Part shown: positions 24,229 to 37,000 of the stretch, piece by piece | Numbering within the stretch: the stretch's first letter is position 1 | How the letters are laid out: each line of letters begins with the position of its first letter | Assembly (NCBI GenBank): GCA_964016885.1 | Contig: OZ024743.1 | Coordinates: 325,500,001 to 325,564,000, forward strand | Direction: 5' to 3' | Origin: Eledone cirrhosa | Lineage: Eukaryota | DNA: 64,000 nucleotides | Program-made: the position numbers and the translations under genes | Notes under the pieces: generated by a model | What the model was told of the DNA's origin: nothing | What the model saw: the letters and a program-made list of their open reading frames with translations, nothing else | Databases searched by the model: none

Positions 24229-24611
24229 TTAAATATATAGATGGAAAAATTAGCTTTTAAATCATCTTTAATTCCTTACACATGTTTCAAGATTGTATAT
24301 TAAATTATTTTAGTAATATTAGGTTAAAATTCATGTAATCAAGACGTACGCATTCATATATAGGTATTTGTACTTCTTCATCTTCAGAAACAGCATTTAT
24401 CCACATATAAATATATACCTACATACATATACAAACACATATATACATGCATATATATACTCCCATATAATGTGTGTATCCATTTGAGAATACTACTAAG
24501 AGTGAATGAGTATATAAGCCCATCAAGTATGTGTTTCCTTGTGGTTGTTTAGAGGATATACATGCCTTCTGGTGAGGACCCAACTCAGTCCAAAAATCAT
24601 GTGATGGTATT

Positions 24612-24987
24612 ATCATCATCATCATCATTTTACATCCGCTTTTCCCTGCTTGCAAGGGTTGGATGGGTCCTATCCAGCACAGCATCTCTCCACTTGTCAC
24701 GGTCCCCTCGTCATCTCCTCCGTGAGTTTCAGCGATCTGTGGTCTGCTCTCACCACCTTCGCCCATGTTTTTCGTGGTCTACCTCTACTGGGATTTCTTG
24801 GCACTTCTTTACCCAGCAGTCATCCTCCATGCGCATCACATGTCCATACCATCTCAGCCTTCTCTCCTGCACACCACAACTTATCCCTCTTATACCCAGT
24901 TTCTTTCTCAACTTGTCTATGCTTGGTCGTTCACGCACATTGACATTGCACATCCAACGGAGCATACTTGCTTCATTTCTCTCCATG
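24612..24987 (-). mobile_element. RTE LINE 3' fragment
   Basis: ERNEASMLRWMCNV..QERRLRWYGHVMR; (GAT)n tail. Confidence 0.85.
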
Positions 24988-25062
24988 GTGTTAATATATA
25001 TATATATATTAACACCATAATATATATATATATTAACACCATAATAAACAAAACAATATATT

Positions 25063-25136
25063 TATTCCATTACCAAAAGTTTCAGGAAACTAGACAATCC
25101 CTACAGAAACGTCCAGCTCGTTCATCAGATGAAATA
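25063..25136 (-). ncRNA. Type I hammerhead ribozyme (left arm of a fold-back)
   Basis: Minus strand tatttcat-CTGATGA-ac-gagctggac...gtctagttt-cct-GAA-act ttt ggt-A-atggaata. Confidence 0.72.
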
Positions 25137-25150
25137 GTTAAATTGATAAA

Positions 25151-25224
25151 TATTTCATCTGATGACTGAGCTGGACGTTTCTGTAGAGATCTTCTAGTTT
25201 CCTGAAACCTTTGGTAATGGAATA
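25151..25224 (+). ncRNA. Type I hammerhead ribozyme (right arm of a fold-back)
   Basis: tatttcat-CTGATGA-...-GAA-acc ttt ggt-A-atggaata; 8-bp stem I; GUA triplet. Confidence 0.75.
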
Positions 25225-25737
25225 ATTATGTTGTGTTGTTTATTATGTAATTAAATAGCTCTGTACTATACATTGAGCACTCTTCTTTCCTTTACCTTTT
25301 GCATGAAATACTTAGATTGACGTGCTCATGTCTAAATTAGCTTATAGAATAGAGTGAAGACCCTATAAAGAGGGGGAAAAGAAGTTACCATCAGCCACTA
25401 TGAGGAACTTCTTTTTCTGTCTTTTAAAAATCTTCACCCTATTTTATAAGCTATTTTATAGCATCTCTACAAACAAGAACATCATTGTTTATTTTAATCT
25501 TATCTTCTCAGTGCTTTCTATAGATCTGAGATATATATATGCATATATATATATATCCACCCTTGCAAGCAGGGAAAAAGCGGACGTAAAATGAAATGAT
25601 GATGATGATGATATATATATATATATATATACTTTCTATAGATCTGAGATATATATATGTATATATATATATATATTAGAAAGTGAGGTTTTTTTTACAA
25701 AATGAAAAATAACCGAGGTGTCCTACACGAGTGAAAG

Positions 25738-25860
25738 TATAAAGAAAAAGAGATGAAATCGAAAATGCAACTGGAGTCTTATTTTTTTTTAAATATATAT
25801 ATATTTTTTTTAAAAATAAGACTCCAGTTGCATTTTCAATTTCATCTCTTTTTCTTTATA
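25738..25860. repeat. Fold-back hairpin
   Basis: About 50-bp arms around an AT loop. Confidence 0.88.
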
Positions 25861-25893
25861 TATATATATATATATACTTTCTATAGATCTGAA

Positions 25894-25924
<31 letters not shown>

Positions 25925-26084
25925 TTCTATAGATCTGAGATATATATATATGTATATATATATACTTTCTATAGATCTGAGATATATATATATGTATATA
26001 TATATATACTTTCTATAGATCTGAGATATATATATATATATGTATGGAGGAAGTATAAAGTATAAAGTATATACACATGGACGC

Positions 26085-27362
26085 CATATAAAGTTCAGCA
26101 TGGAACACCCCGATGACCGCGGATCCCTATCCCTACTGGACTTCCAACTCAGGGTAACAGAGGAAGGCAACATCCACACCTGCTTCTATAAAAAAGCCGC
26201 CAGCAGGGACCTGTTCGTACATTTCAGATTGGCCCTCCCATCCGGCACTAAGTTCGGATACATAAGGAACGAACTAACACGTATCCGGAACAAATGCACC
26301 GACGCTAGAGACCGAGACACACACACCACACATTTCCTGGAAGTACTCAAACTGAACGGATACACGACATCCACCACAAACCGTGCCAGAAAGAACAGAG
26401 GACACCACACCCAAGGCACTAACACTTGCTTCCTGAAGCTCCCACACTTCAGTGACGAAACAACAACAGCCATCCGCAGAGCTATCAGACGAGAGGGACT
26501 AGATATCCAACTGGCCCACTCAGGACCTTCTCTACGCGGACAGCTAACCAAAAGACACTACTCCAGACATGACAGCCGCTGCAGGCTAGCCAACTGCCCC
26601 ATCAACGACACAGACCTATGCCACCAGGCTTACGTAGTATACAGACTAGAGTGTGACAAATGCAACAACTTCTACGTAGGTAGCACCACCAGACCACTCC
26701 ACATAAGAATAAAAGAACACCTCAATACTAACGCTACCTCATTTAAGAAACACCTAGTTAAATGCAAAAACACCGACAAAACCATAACAGTTAGGATAGA
26801 AACTAAAGAAAGAAACCTCGGCAATCTTAGAATTAAGGAAGCACTAATTATAGACAAAACACAACCACCAATCAATAATAGACTAGAACTCAACACCCAA
26901 TTTATAACTTGATAGAGCATCTAGCCCCATATTTACCCCCCCCCCCCCACACACACACACGCACACACACACACACACACACAAAGACCAGTTCTAACAG
27001 GAGATAACATCTATCCCCCACATTTACGTATAGACATATCTTCTCACACTCACACACACACACACATACTTACACCTTCATGCATTCTCCCACACACTTA
27101 AACAGGCATGTACAATAAAACCCCTTTTAAAGGGAGACTACTCTTTATCCACCTAACCTTAACTCTTTGACATTAGAGATAGAACAGATAGTCTATACCA
27201 TTTCCTGTCAGCATGACTTGGCAAGCTATTTAGAACACTGGTTTAACCGCTTTACTTCCCTCCGAAGAAGAGATATTATCTCGAAAATTAAGGACATTTA
27301 AATAAATCTAAGGTAAAAGACTAATTGTCAACAATATCTTTTGCATTTGCATTCTTTATTCT
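26085..27362 (+). mobile_element. Penelope-like element, 5'-truncated, with uninterrupted RT C-terminus and GIY-YIG ORF
   Basis: ORF to 26912: FSMEH..LSLLD, YKK, CRLANCPI, VVYRLECDKCNNFYVGSTTRPLHIRIKEH, IKEALII...PPINNRLE; hammerhead in the 3' pLTR. Confidence 0.93.
27259..27293 (+). ncRNA. Minimal type I hammerhead ribozyme (U4C core variant)
   Basis: cct-CCGAAGA-a-gagat att atctc-GAA-AATT-A-agg. Stem III reduced to palindromic AAUU. Confidence 0.7.
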
Positions 27363-27689
27363 ATGTCCATACCTGCATTGTTTTGGCTTTATTATACATA
27401 TACAAACGTTTATATATATATATGTATATATACTTTCTATAGATCTGAGATATACAGGGTGTGGACGATATTTGTTCGCAATTTTCAACTGCTAATTTTA
27501 TGCAAATTGGACCGAAGAAACAATATTTCCATTGGTCTTTCCAATTGCTAATACTATCTACTGGTTGCAAATCCAGGCAGCAGAAGCTTAAGGACATAAC
27601 AAACTCACAACCTCACAATTTCAAATCCAATTCTCTAACCACTCAGCCACGTGCCTTCACATATATATCTATCTCTCTATATATATATA

Positions 27690-28580
27690 CAGGGTATGGA
27701 CGATATTTGTTCGCAATTTTCAACTGCTAATTTTATGCAAATTTTTTTTACTTCCGTTGTCACTCTTGACTTCATAAAAACAGTGACTATATTTCCATTA
27801 TTTATTTTCAGAATAATTGATTATGAATAATTTTGAACCTCCAAATTTGTGGAAGAGACACATAGTTCTTCTTGTAATCCGCGCTGGGAGGACAAATAAG
27901 GACCAGAAGATCAACTCCCAGAACAACAGGTGGCTTGCTGTCTCATCCAAAGATGTGCCCAGAGTCATGCAGACAAAGTTTCCAGCAACAACATTGGTCT
28001 TAGGTGTCGTCAGCAGTCAAAGTGACGTCATGCCACCTCACTACTTCCCTGAGGGCCTCAAGCTGAACACCGATGGCTACATTCGCATTCTGAGTGAGTT
28101 AGTAAAGCCCTGGATCGACCAGGTAGATGCAGGTAGCCCGTATGTGTGGCAGCAAGACTCAGCGCCCTGCCATACCAGCTGAAAGACCCCAGCCTGGCTG
28201 TCAGAGAACTTCGTCAACCACACTTCACCTGATATCTGGCCTCCCAGCTCACCTGACTGCAACCCCCTCAACTTCTTTGTGTGGGGCACAGTGGAACGAG
28301 CACCAACAGATCTAGCTGCAATACAAAAGACGATCTGAAGGCCAGGATCACAAGTGCCTTTAGGGGCCTAAGTTGGGGACAGTGACAAAGGCCTGTAGCC
28401 AGTTCCGAGGCCGCCTTGAGGCTGTCATCAAAGCCAATGGCGGGTTTATCGAGTGAGACCGAAAGAACAAGTCATGAAGACAAACTGACCCAAGTTTGAT
28501 AAATATATCTTAAAAAATAAAACTACTGTGTTATTTTTTCCTAGACAGTAATCTTGCGAACAAATATCGTCCGCACCCTG
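27690..28580 (+). mobile_element. Internally deleted mariner/Tc1-superfamily element, with a solo left end at 27455-27545
   Basis: TIRs CAGGGT.TGGACGATATTTGTTCGCAA / TTGCGAACAAATATCGTCCGCACCCTG; TA on the left flank; WQQDSAPCH and WPPSSPDCNPL. Confidence 0.9.
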
Positions 28581-29021
28581 TCATCATCATCATCATCATC
28601 TCATTTTACGTCCACTTTTCCCTGCTTGCAAGGGTGGGACGGGAACTGATTCTGGCTTGATTTCTACAGCTGGATGCCCTTCCTAACACCAACCTCATTT
28701 ACAGTGAGTGCAGGGTGCTTTTTTGCCGTGGCACCTCCACGACCACTTTGCAGTGGAATGATAGGGACCCCAGTCCCTATCATCTCATTTCTACAGCTGA
28801 GTAAACTGGAGCAATGTGAAATAAAGTGTCTTGCTCAAGGAAACAACACATCACCCGGTCTGAGAATTGAACTCACAACCTTTCGATTGCAAGGCCAATG
28901 CTCTAACCACTAAGCCATGTGCCTCCATTATATATATATATCTAACCACTAATATATTATTATATATATATATATATCTAACCACTAAGCCATGTGCCAC
29001 CCTGTATATATATATATATAT

Positions 29022-30442
29022 ATCATCATCATCATTGTTTAACATCCATCTTCCACGCTAGCGTAGGTTAGACGGGAGTTGTCCCACTTGAGGCAAGGTT
29101 GGTCGGGTGACCGTGTCTCGCTCATGTAGGACTATCTGGCAGGTTTTCTACGGCTGGATACCCTTCCTAACACCAACCACATTTACAGTGTGGAACTGGG
29201 AACTTTTTACCGTGTTACCTACACAACCACATTACAGCGTGGACTGTCTGTTTTTTTGTTGTGACACCTACACGATCTTGATCTCATTATCTCATTCATT
29301 TGGACTGGATGTTGTGGTACCAATTTTACAGAGATAGGGTGGTGTTGGTGGGAGTGGGAGGATAGGCTAGGGGTAGTGGATTGGGGTTTATATTTGGTTA
29401 AGAGGTGCCTACTGACTGTAGGTTTCGCTTTGTACATAGGCAAGGCGGGTCTTCTGTATTACTGCGTAGGTCCAGTGACATTGTCTTAGAGAGGTGCAAG
29501 TGTGTAAGGTCGGAATTTAACAGATCGTCCCAGGTTTTTCTGGGTCTACCTACTCCGTAACTACTATCAATTTTGATCGCCCTGCACTTTTTTATGCAGC
29601 TGTCATCTTTCATGCGCATTACGTGACCATACCAACGTAGTCTTCTCTCAAGTAAACATCATCTGATCCCTCTTATTCTTAATTTCTCACTTAGTTAATT
29701 TATGCTTTGCCGTTCAGCGGTATAAGCTCTCTGAACTTTTTCCATCCCGTTCTGATTCTGGCTACTGTACTTTCAGAACACCCTCCACCACTGCTGATTT
29801 CGTCACCCAGGTAACAGAAAGTGTCTACTATTTCTATAGAACCATCTGGGCAATGGAAGGAGCTAGTATCCTTTGGACACTTGCTACTTATTGCACCTGA
29901 GCATTGGCCACATATAAAGTCTACGTTCTTAGATAGTTTACCTGTGATCCCACTGCATCTTTTATGTACCCATAGTTTGCATTTGGGACATAAAATGGAA
30001 TTTCTGCCTATTCCTTTCCTACACACTGAGCATGGCCATTTCCCTGAGGGCACCTGTGCCCTATTTTCCTTTCTACAAACTAGAACTTTAGTCTTAGACA
30101 AGTTAACTTTAAGGCCTTTTGATTATAGGCCATGCTTCCATGTTTGGAATTTCTTCTCTAGTTCAGCCATTGATTCAGCTATGAGCGTTAGATCATCTGC
30201 GTATAGGAGTTTCCATGGGCAGCCGGTCTTGGACTCCTCTGTTATAGCCTGAAGGGCAATAATAAATAGGAGGGGCTAAGGACAGCGCCTTGATGAACAC
30301 CAACTTTTACACTAAATTCTTCACAATATTCATTGTTAATTCTAACCTTACTGACTGTTTCATTATACATGGCTTGTATAGCTCTCACAAGCCATTCATC
30401 TACACCTAGTTTTCTAAGAGCCCACCAGATAATGGAGTGGGG
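29022..30442 (-). mobile_element. RTE LINE 3' fragment (same family, frameshifted)
   Basis: WWALRKLGVDEWLV, YADD region, C4HC3 finger, GRPRKTW, shared 3' UTR and (GAT)n tail. Confidence 0.9.
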
Positions 30443-30454
30443 GATATATATATA

Positions 30455-30676
30455 TGAGATGTCAACATGAATGGACCTGTTATTTTTATCTAAAGACATT
30501 TTTTCCAATTCCATCCCGCCCGTCCCCTCAATCTATTTTATTTCTCATTCTTTCTTCTGATGAAGGACTAGCGTCCGAAACTTTAAGACCCTCTTTCTGC
30601 TATATCAAGCGTTAACCTAATATATACCTTCCATATACTGTACCAATTGTGTTGTTATTTCTGTTTACCTTTTACA
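30455..30676 (+). mobile_element. Second copy of the short hammerhead-bearing element (hammerhead 30553-30588)
   Basis: tctt-CTGATGA-a-ggac tagc gtcc-GAA-ACTT-T-aaga; embedded in (TA)n. Confidence 0.8.
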
Positions 30677-30701
30677 TACATATATATGTATATATATATA
30701 T

Positions 30702-30782
<81 letters not shown>

Positions 30783-31629
30783 CATCATCATCGTTTAACG
30801 TCTATCTTCCATGCTAGCATGAGTTTAGACGGGAATTGTCCTACTTGAGGCAAGATTGGTCGGGTGACCATGTCTCGCTCATATAGGACTGTCTGGCAGG
30901 TTTTCTACGGCTGGATGCCCTTCCTAACACCAACCACATTTACAGTGTATATATATATATATATATGTATATATCATCATCATCACCATCCTAATTAACA
31001 GTTGGGTGGTTATCTATAGAAAAACCACCCAACTGTAAATATAACTCTCACTATTTACAAGTATATCTAAATTTGTTTTCATATTTCAATGTTCATTTAT
31101 TTTGTTTCTGTATTTGTTTTGCAAAATTCTTGATGAAAATCGGGGGTTGAATCAGATATTGTTATACTTTGAGAGGTCCATACTGCCAATAAAAAAACAC
31201 ACCAGTTGAGTTTAATTAAAAACATGTATTACGTGTTCTAACTGAAAGACTGGAGTAGCTAGGACAAAATTGAAATTAAGAGGAGATACAGAGGGTGAAA
31301 ATAATCACTGAGGTCACAGAATATGTGTTGAAAGAGCTTTGATAATTAAATAACAACCCAGTTACTAAACCAACTGATGAATGGATTAATTATCTAGCAA
31401 ATAAATAACTGAAGTGAAACTCAACTGCTTTGTGTGTTTCTATTGGTAGCATAACTCTCACAAAATATAACAATGTTCATAAAGATTTTGATGATGTGTG
31501 TAATTACTCACACACACATAAATACATATATACATATATATATAAACGTGGTTGGTATTAGGAAGGGCACCCAGCTGTAAAAAACCACAGCTAAAATACA
31601 GTTCCATTTCAGCATGAGAGCATGCAGCC

Positions 31630-31665
<36 letters not shown>

Positions 31666-32254
31666 ATCAACCCCAGTACTGGAATGGTACTTTATTTATT
31701 GACCGCAAAAGTTGAAATTGAAAGTTGATCTCAGCAGGATTTGATCTTGGAGTACAAAAACCTGGAATGAATACTGTGAAATATTCTATCTGACTGTCAC
31801 TTGGCCACCTTTCACATAATACAACAGATGCTATTTGAAAGTGCATATGCACAAGAGGTTTAGTTTATAAATAGTTTGCACCCACACTTCAGGAATCATG
31901 TTGCTTATAATTTTGTAGTGAGTTCTTAGTCCAAACAGGGTCTTAACATCATATAAATAACAAAATCTGACATTTTTAGACAGATAATAACCAGAGTTAT
32001 AATGTTGCTAAGTTTTCACACCCACTAAGCCACCCAATCAGCCTTCCTTTTGCCATTCAACATGTTTGAAATAACAGCTAAATCACAGCCTACATCATAA
32101 ATAAGAAAAGGACACATTAAACAATGTAGTTAGTCTTACATATGCATATTCCCCAATACTTGACTGGTATTTTATCAACCCCAGATGGAAGAAAAGTAAT
32201 GTTGACATCAGCAGCATTTGGACTCAGAATATACTTTCATATTATAAAAAAAAA

Positions 32255-33140
32255 AAATAATAATGAAACTATTGTGTACAGTGCTAAGGTGCACTACAGC
32301 TCATCAAAGGTGCATCTATAGTACATAGAATAATGTACAAATGCCAGGAAAGGGAACAGTGTATGAGTCATGATATACATGTATGCGCGTTTATGGAGGG
32401 GAGATATCAGGTATAGTGTTGGCGAATTTCAGGAAGCATGGAGGTTTTAAAGGATGCAGTGTCCCGGCAGCTAACAACTGATGCAGGTAGTTTGTTCCAT
32501 GCTTCAGCAATTCTGAGTGTGAAAAAATGTTTCCAAAAGTCATGGGAGCTGTGCTGATTTCTGACTTTGTAGGCATGCCCATGTGTGTTAGACACATAGA
32601 AATAAAAAAGGTGCTCAGGGCTGTTGTTGGCAACATGGTTAATAATTTTGTGGGTGTTTACCAAGTCAGTTGCCAGACGTCGGAGCTTCAATGTATCCAT
32701 GCCCAGGGAAGCAAGGCGTTCAGAGTATGGTAGGTGTCTGATGGAGGGTATTCACTTGGTTGCACATCTCTAAACAGTTTCCAGGAGGTCAATATTCTGA
32801 GCAAGATAGGGGTTCCAGACTGGTGATGCAAATTCTAAATATGGCTACACCATAGCTATATACAACTTTAAATAGATAGCTGGAGAGCGCCTGAAAAAGG
32901 TCTTGCTGAGTGATGCTAAGACACCCTCAACCTTCTTGACAATTTTAGAGATGTTCTTTGTTCAATGCAAATCGCTGCTGACAGTAATTCCTAGGTGACA
33001 TTCACAAGAAGACTTCTTGATATTAGTGTTGTGGAGGGAGTATGTGAACGCTGGGTTTTTTCCTCCCCAAATGCATGGTGGTACACTTGTCCACAGCCAG
33101 CTTGAGTTGCCAATCTGTGATACATTGCTGCATTCTGTCC
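32255..33140 (-). mobile_element. CR1-clade LINE 3' fragment
   Basis: LKLRRLATDL..HKII, HGHAYKV, FFTLRIAEAWNKLP; upstream LEFASPVWNPY. Confidence 0.85.
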
Positions 33141-33793
33141 TTTTAATGATTTCATGACCATATTAGTTAGTAATGAGATAAACTAATTAACGAAAACATT
33201 TGAGAATTTTACTAAGATTATTATTTCCTTACTCTGATAGTAACATAACATATAGTTCTTATACATAATTATGTTGGAAGATTATAATTTCAAATAGGAA
33301 TAGTTTAAAATGGGTGCTTTTATTTCATTGGATAAAAGCCAATTTTGTCTAGATCAATATCAATAAGGTTAATGAGTTTTTTTTAGCTATTGGTGCTGGG
33401 TTGAAGACTATATATTAGAAACACTAATAATGTAATCCTACTTTTAATCCTATCCCTACCATCCCTGTGTACCAAGCTGAAATAGATGGTGAACAATACC
33501 TGTGATGAAATTAAAGGTTTCCAAAAGTTTTAATAAATTTTTAGATAAACTTTTTTTTACCATATTTCTAATGAAAGACATTACATATGGTTTTAAAATC
33601 ATTTTGAAAATAAAAAATTTGGTAGAGTTTAGTAATGCAACTAAGTTTCTCATTACCAAGCTAGTGTTTAGAATATAACAAAAGTTCTAACATAAAATTA
33701 TGATGGAAGGTTTTTAGCTAAATATATGTACTATAAAATAAACAATTTTTCATATCATAAAATCAGGAGCAGTTTCACGCAGTTTGGTCTTAA

Positions 33794-34000
33794 CCCTTTA
33801 GCAGTTACATTACTATTGTATTTTCATGGTAAAGGTTTTATCTTATAATATCTCACATAATATAAAATCTATGAGATTTTGATATTATATATTTTGAGAA
33901 CAATACCATAACATCAGTATGACCGGCCAGATACAGCCGGTTTGAACAGAAAGAGGTGAGAGAATTCTGGCCGGATATGGCTAGTTTAAATGCTAAAGAG
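33794..34000. mobile_element. About 207-bp TTAA-flanked MITE (piggyBac-like ends)
   Basis: TTAA-CCCTTTAGCA...TGCTAAAGAG-TTA; other copies at 39171 and 46028. Confidence 0.7.
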
Positions 34001-37000
34001 TTATAAGAGTTAATCATAATGGCCATTGATGAAAATCATTGAATAGTATATTTGTGAAAGAGTCTGCCATATATATAAAGGATAAAATTATCCTATTCAT
34101 CATACAATTAAACCATTGACAACATTTAAGATGAATGAATGCTTAATTTTATTTTTTGAAGGCTAACTTTATTATGCCACTCCTCACCAATAATGGAATT
34201 GACCTTGCATATTATAGGTTATGACATTTTAGTTTCCAATGAAAGATTTAAATTTGGTTGGTTACATAATGTGTGCCAAATTCAAGGGGGGGGGGGGGGT
34301 CTTTTAATTTACATTCAAAGTTCTTCCAAATAAGATTTTTTTTGTCCACAATTTTACTGCAGGTTCAGAGTTTGCATAATAACATAATCTGACGTGAGTT
34401 TTTCCTGAGCTAAATTGGAAGCCTGTGTACTATGCCCATGATTCATATTCTGCTAAATTTGTAAGTTATAGATCCCCAAAAGATTCTCAAGACCAAAGAT
34501 TAACTCATATTTCTGGAACAGATGAGAAATAAGTATCTCCTGAATAGGATGTTACACTACTGCAGATAGTTTTCCCCATAAAACCTTTAGCCTTTATTTC
34601 TAATAAGCAGGCAACTGGAGTTATGTACAATATAGAGTATTTGTCCCTGTATCTAGTAAAAAGAAATCAACTATGAGAGTCAGGCTGGAAAAACACTAGA
34701 ATGGTTGTTAATAGACAGGGCACTTTTATATTTGCATATTCTAGTTTATCTAGATTTTCTAGGAAATAGGGTTTATCATAAGCACTGGAGACCCACACAA
34801 AACCCTATAGTGGATATGAAATCCTAATCAATAAGTTGGGAACTTACTAGCCCTTTTTATTTAGTCATCCTGCCTCATGCGTGGATGTTTTATTAATACA
34901 TTAGTAATTACCAAATGCAAACACTTGAAAGTCATTTAGAGTATGAAGGTATTGTGATGTGAAAACAAGGAGTTCTTCTCTTCATTGCCTACTTATTCCT
35001 GAGAGTTCATGGGAGCAGGGTCCTCAAACAGTCCTTCCAGCGGGTCCTATCAGAAGCAACTGTCTCCAACTGATCCGGCTGGATCCCCAAGTGAGTCCAG
35101 CCAAGCTCATGGATGTTATCCAACCATCTTGCTCAGGGTCTACACCTGGGTCTCTTGCTGGTTGGTTTTGCCCGTAAAATCTGACCAGCAATTCTTTCCT
35201 GAGACATTCTAATCACTTGCTCATAGTATCGGAGTTATGTATACGATTTCTAAGAGCACCATCACTTCATTGTCTGCATCAATTGGGGATCTTACCAGCT
35301 TCTAATCAATTTTCAGTTGATTAAAAAACCCAAAAAATACTATCTAGTAGTTTGTACAGATTTACCTATGTAGTTTTGTTGAAATAATATATAGAAAAAA
35401 GCCCCCTTCTGTCATGTTTAACCATAGATTTATACCTGGAAAGTTCCTCTCCAAGGTGTTTTTGTGGAGGACCCGTAATGTTTTGGCTCCATACTACAAA
35501 GGTTGGCAGTGAACGGCAAAATCAGCACAAATGTCATTGCAACTCATTTTTATCCAACAACTTAACATAAAGTGTCTTGCTCAAGGACAATATATGCCAT
35601 GCAGTCTGGGAAGGAATCAAACCCAACTATATGATTATAAGAGCAACACCCTAACCAATAATCCATGTGCCTTCACAAAATACATATAATAATATAAAAC
35701 AGACAGACCAGAGTGAATAGACTATGTCAAGATGAGATTGCATCCCCACCTTCCTGCTGCTATTTGTAAGATTCTGAGAAACCAACTGAGTCACACAGGA
35801 ATAATGACAAATTTATCATTAGAATTTCATACTTTTATTTTATTTCTGTTATATACATACATATTCACACACACACGTGTGTGCGTAAATCTGTATTACA
35901 TTTCTTTACAATTTAATGTTTTCAATGAAGCAGTTATAATACAAATAGAGTCATGGGAACAAGCAGACATAATAGACATGTTAACAATATAAATTCATGA
36001 CAAGTGGTAACAAACACATGTTAACAACATACATTAACAGTACACAATACAAAACATATTAACCCTTTTGATAACAAACCCCACTAAAACATGCCTTGAT
36101 TCTATTATACAAATGTTTAATTTAAAGTGTTTATAATTTATCTAAAAAAACTTCCATCTTAATTTCATGTTAGTAGAATTTTCGTTGAATTATGGTCCAA
36201 ACATCTTTTGATACCAAATTACGTGAAACTGGCCCTGCTACTATGATACAATATTGTTTATTCTAAGGTGCTTATATTTATCTAAAAACCTTCCATCTTG
36301 ATGTTATGTAAGAATCTTTGTTATGCTCCAAACACCTACTTAATAATGGGAAAGTTAGTTATTTTACAAAATAGCTAAAAATTCTTGATTATTTTCAAAA
36401 TTATTTGAAAATCATAAGCAGTATCATCATCATCATCATCATCTTCGTTTAACGTCCATCTTCCACGCTAGCATGGGTTCTGGTAACAAAAGGGTTAACA
36501 ACATACAGAGGAACATATAATTTGGTCAAAATGTAAATATGGTTGGTGTTAGGAAGAGCATCCAGCTGTAAAAACCCCGGCCAAATTTACAGTCCTATCA
36601 GAGCAAGGTATGGCATGGCCAATTCTGACCAGACTTGTCTCTTGACGCAGATGACCCATCTGACCCATGCAAGCATTGAAAAATGGACGTTAAATGGTGA
36701 TGATGATGGAAAAAATGTCCTTTCCTTTGCATGCATTTGTGGTTTTTTTTTACATAAAATTATGTTGGAAGGTTTTAATTTAAGTAGGAACCCTTAAAAA
36801 TGGTTGGTTTTGTTTCATAGAACCAGAGCCAATTTTGGCTGGGTTGGTAGTAGAATGGTTTTCTTCATTCATGGAATAGCTGAGTGGACAAGTTTTGCAA
36901 ACTGAAACATTCATTCAAGACTTGTAGCTGAAAGGTCACAATAAACCCAGCACTGCAATGTAACAAATCACAGCTCTATTTTTGTAATGCAATTGCTACT

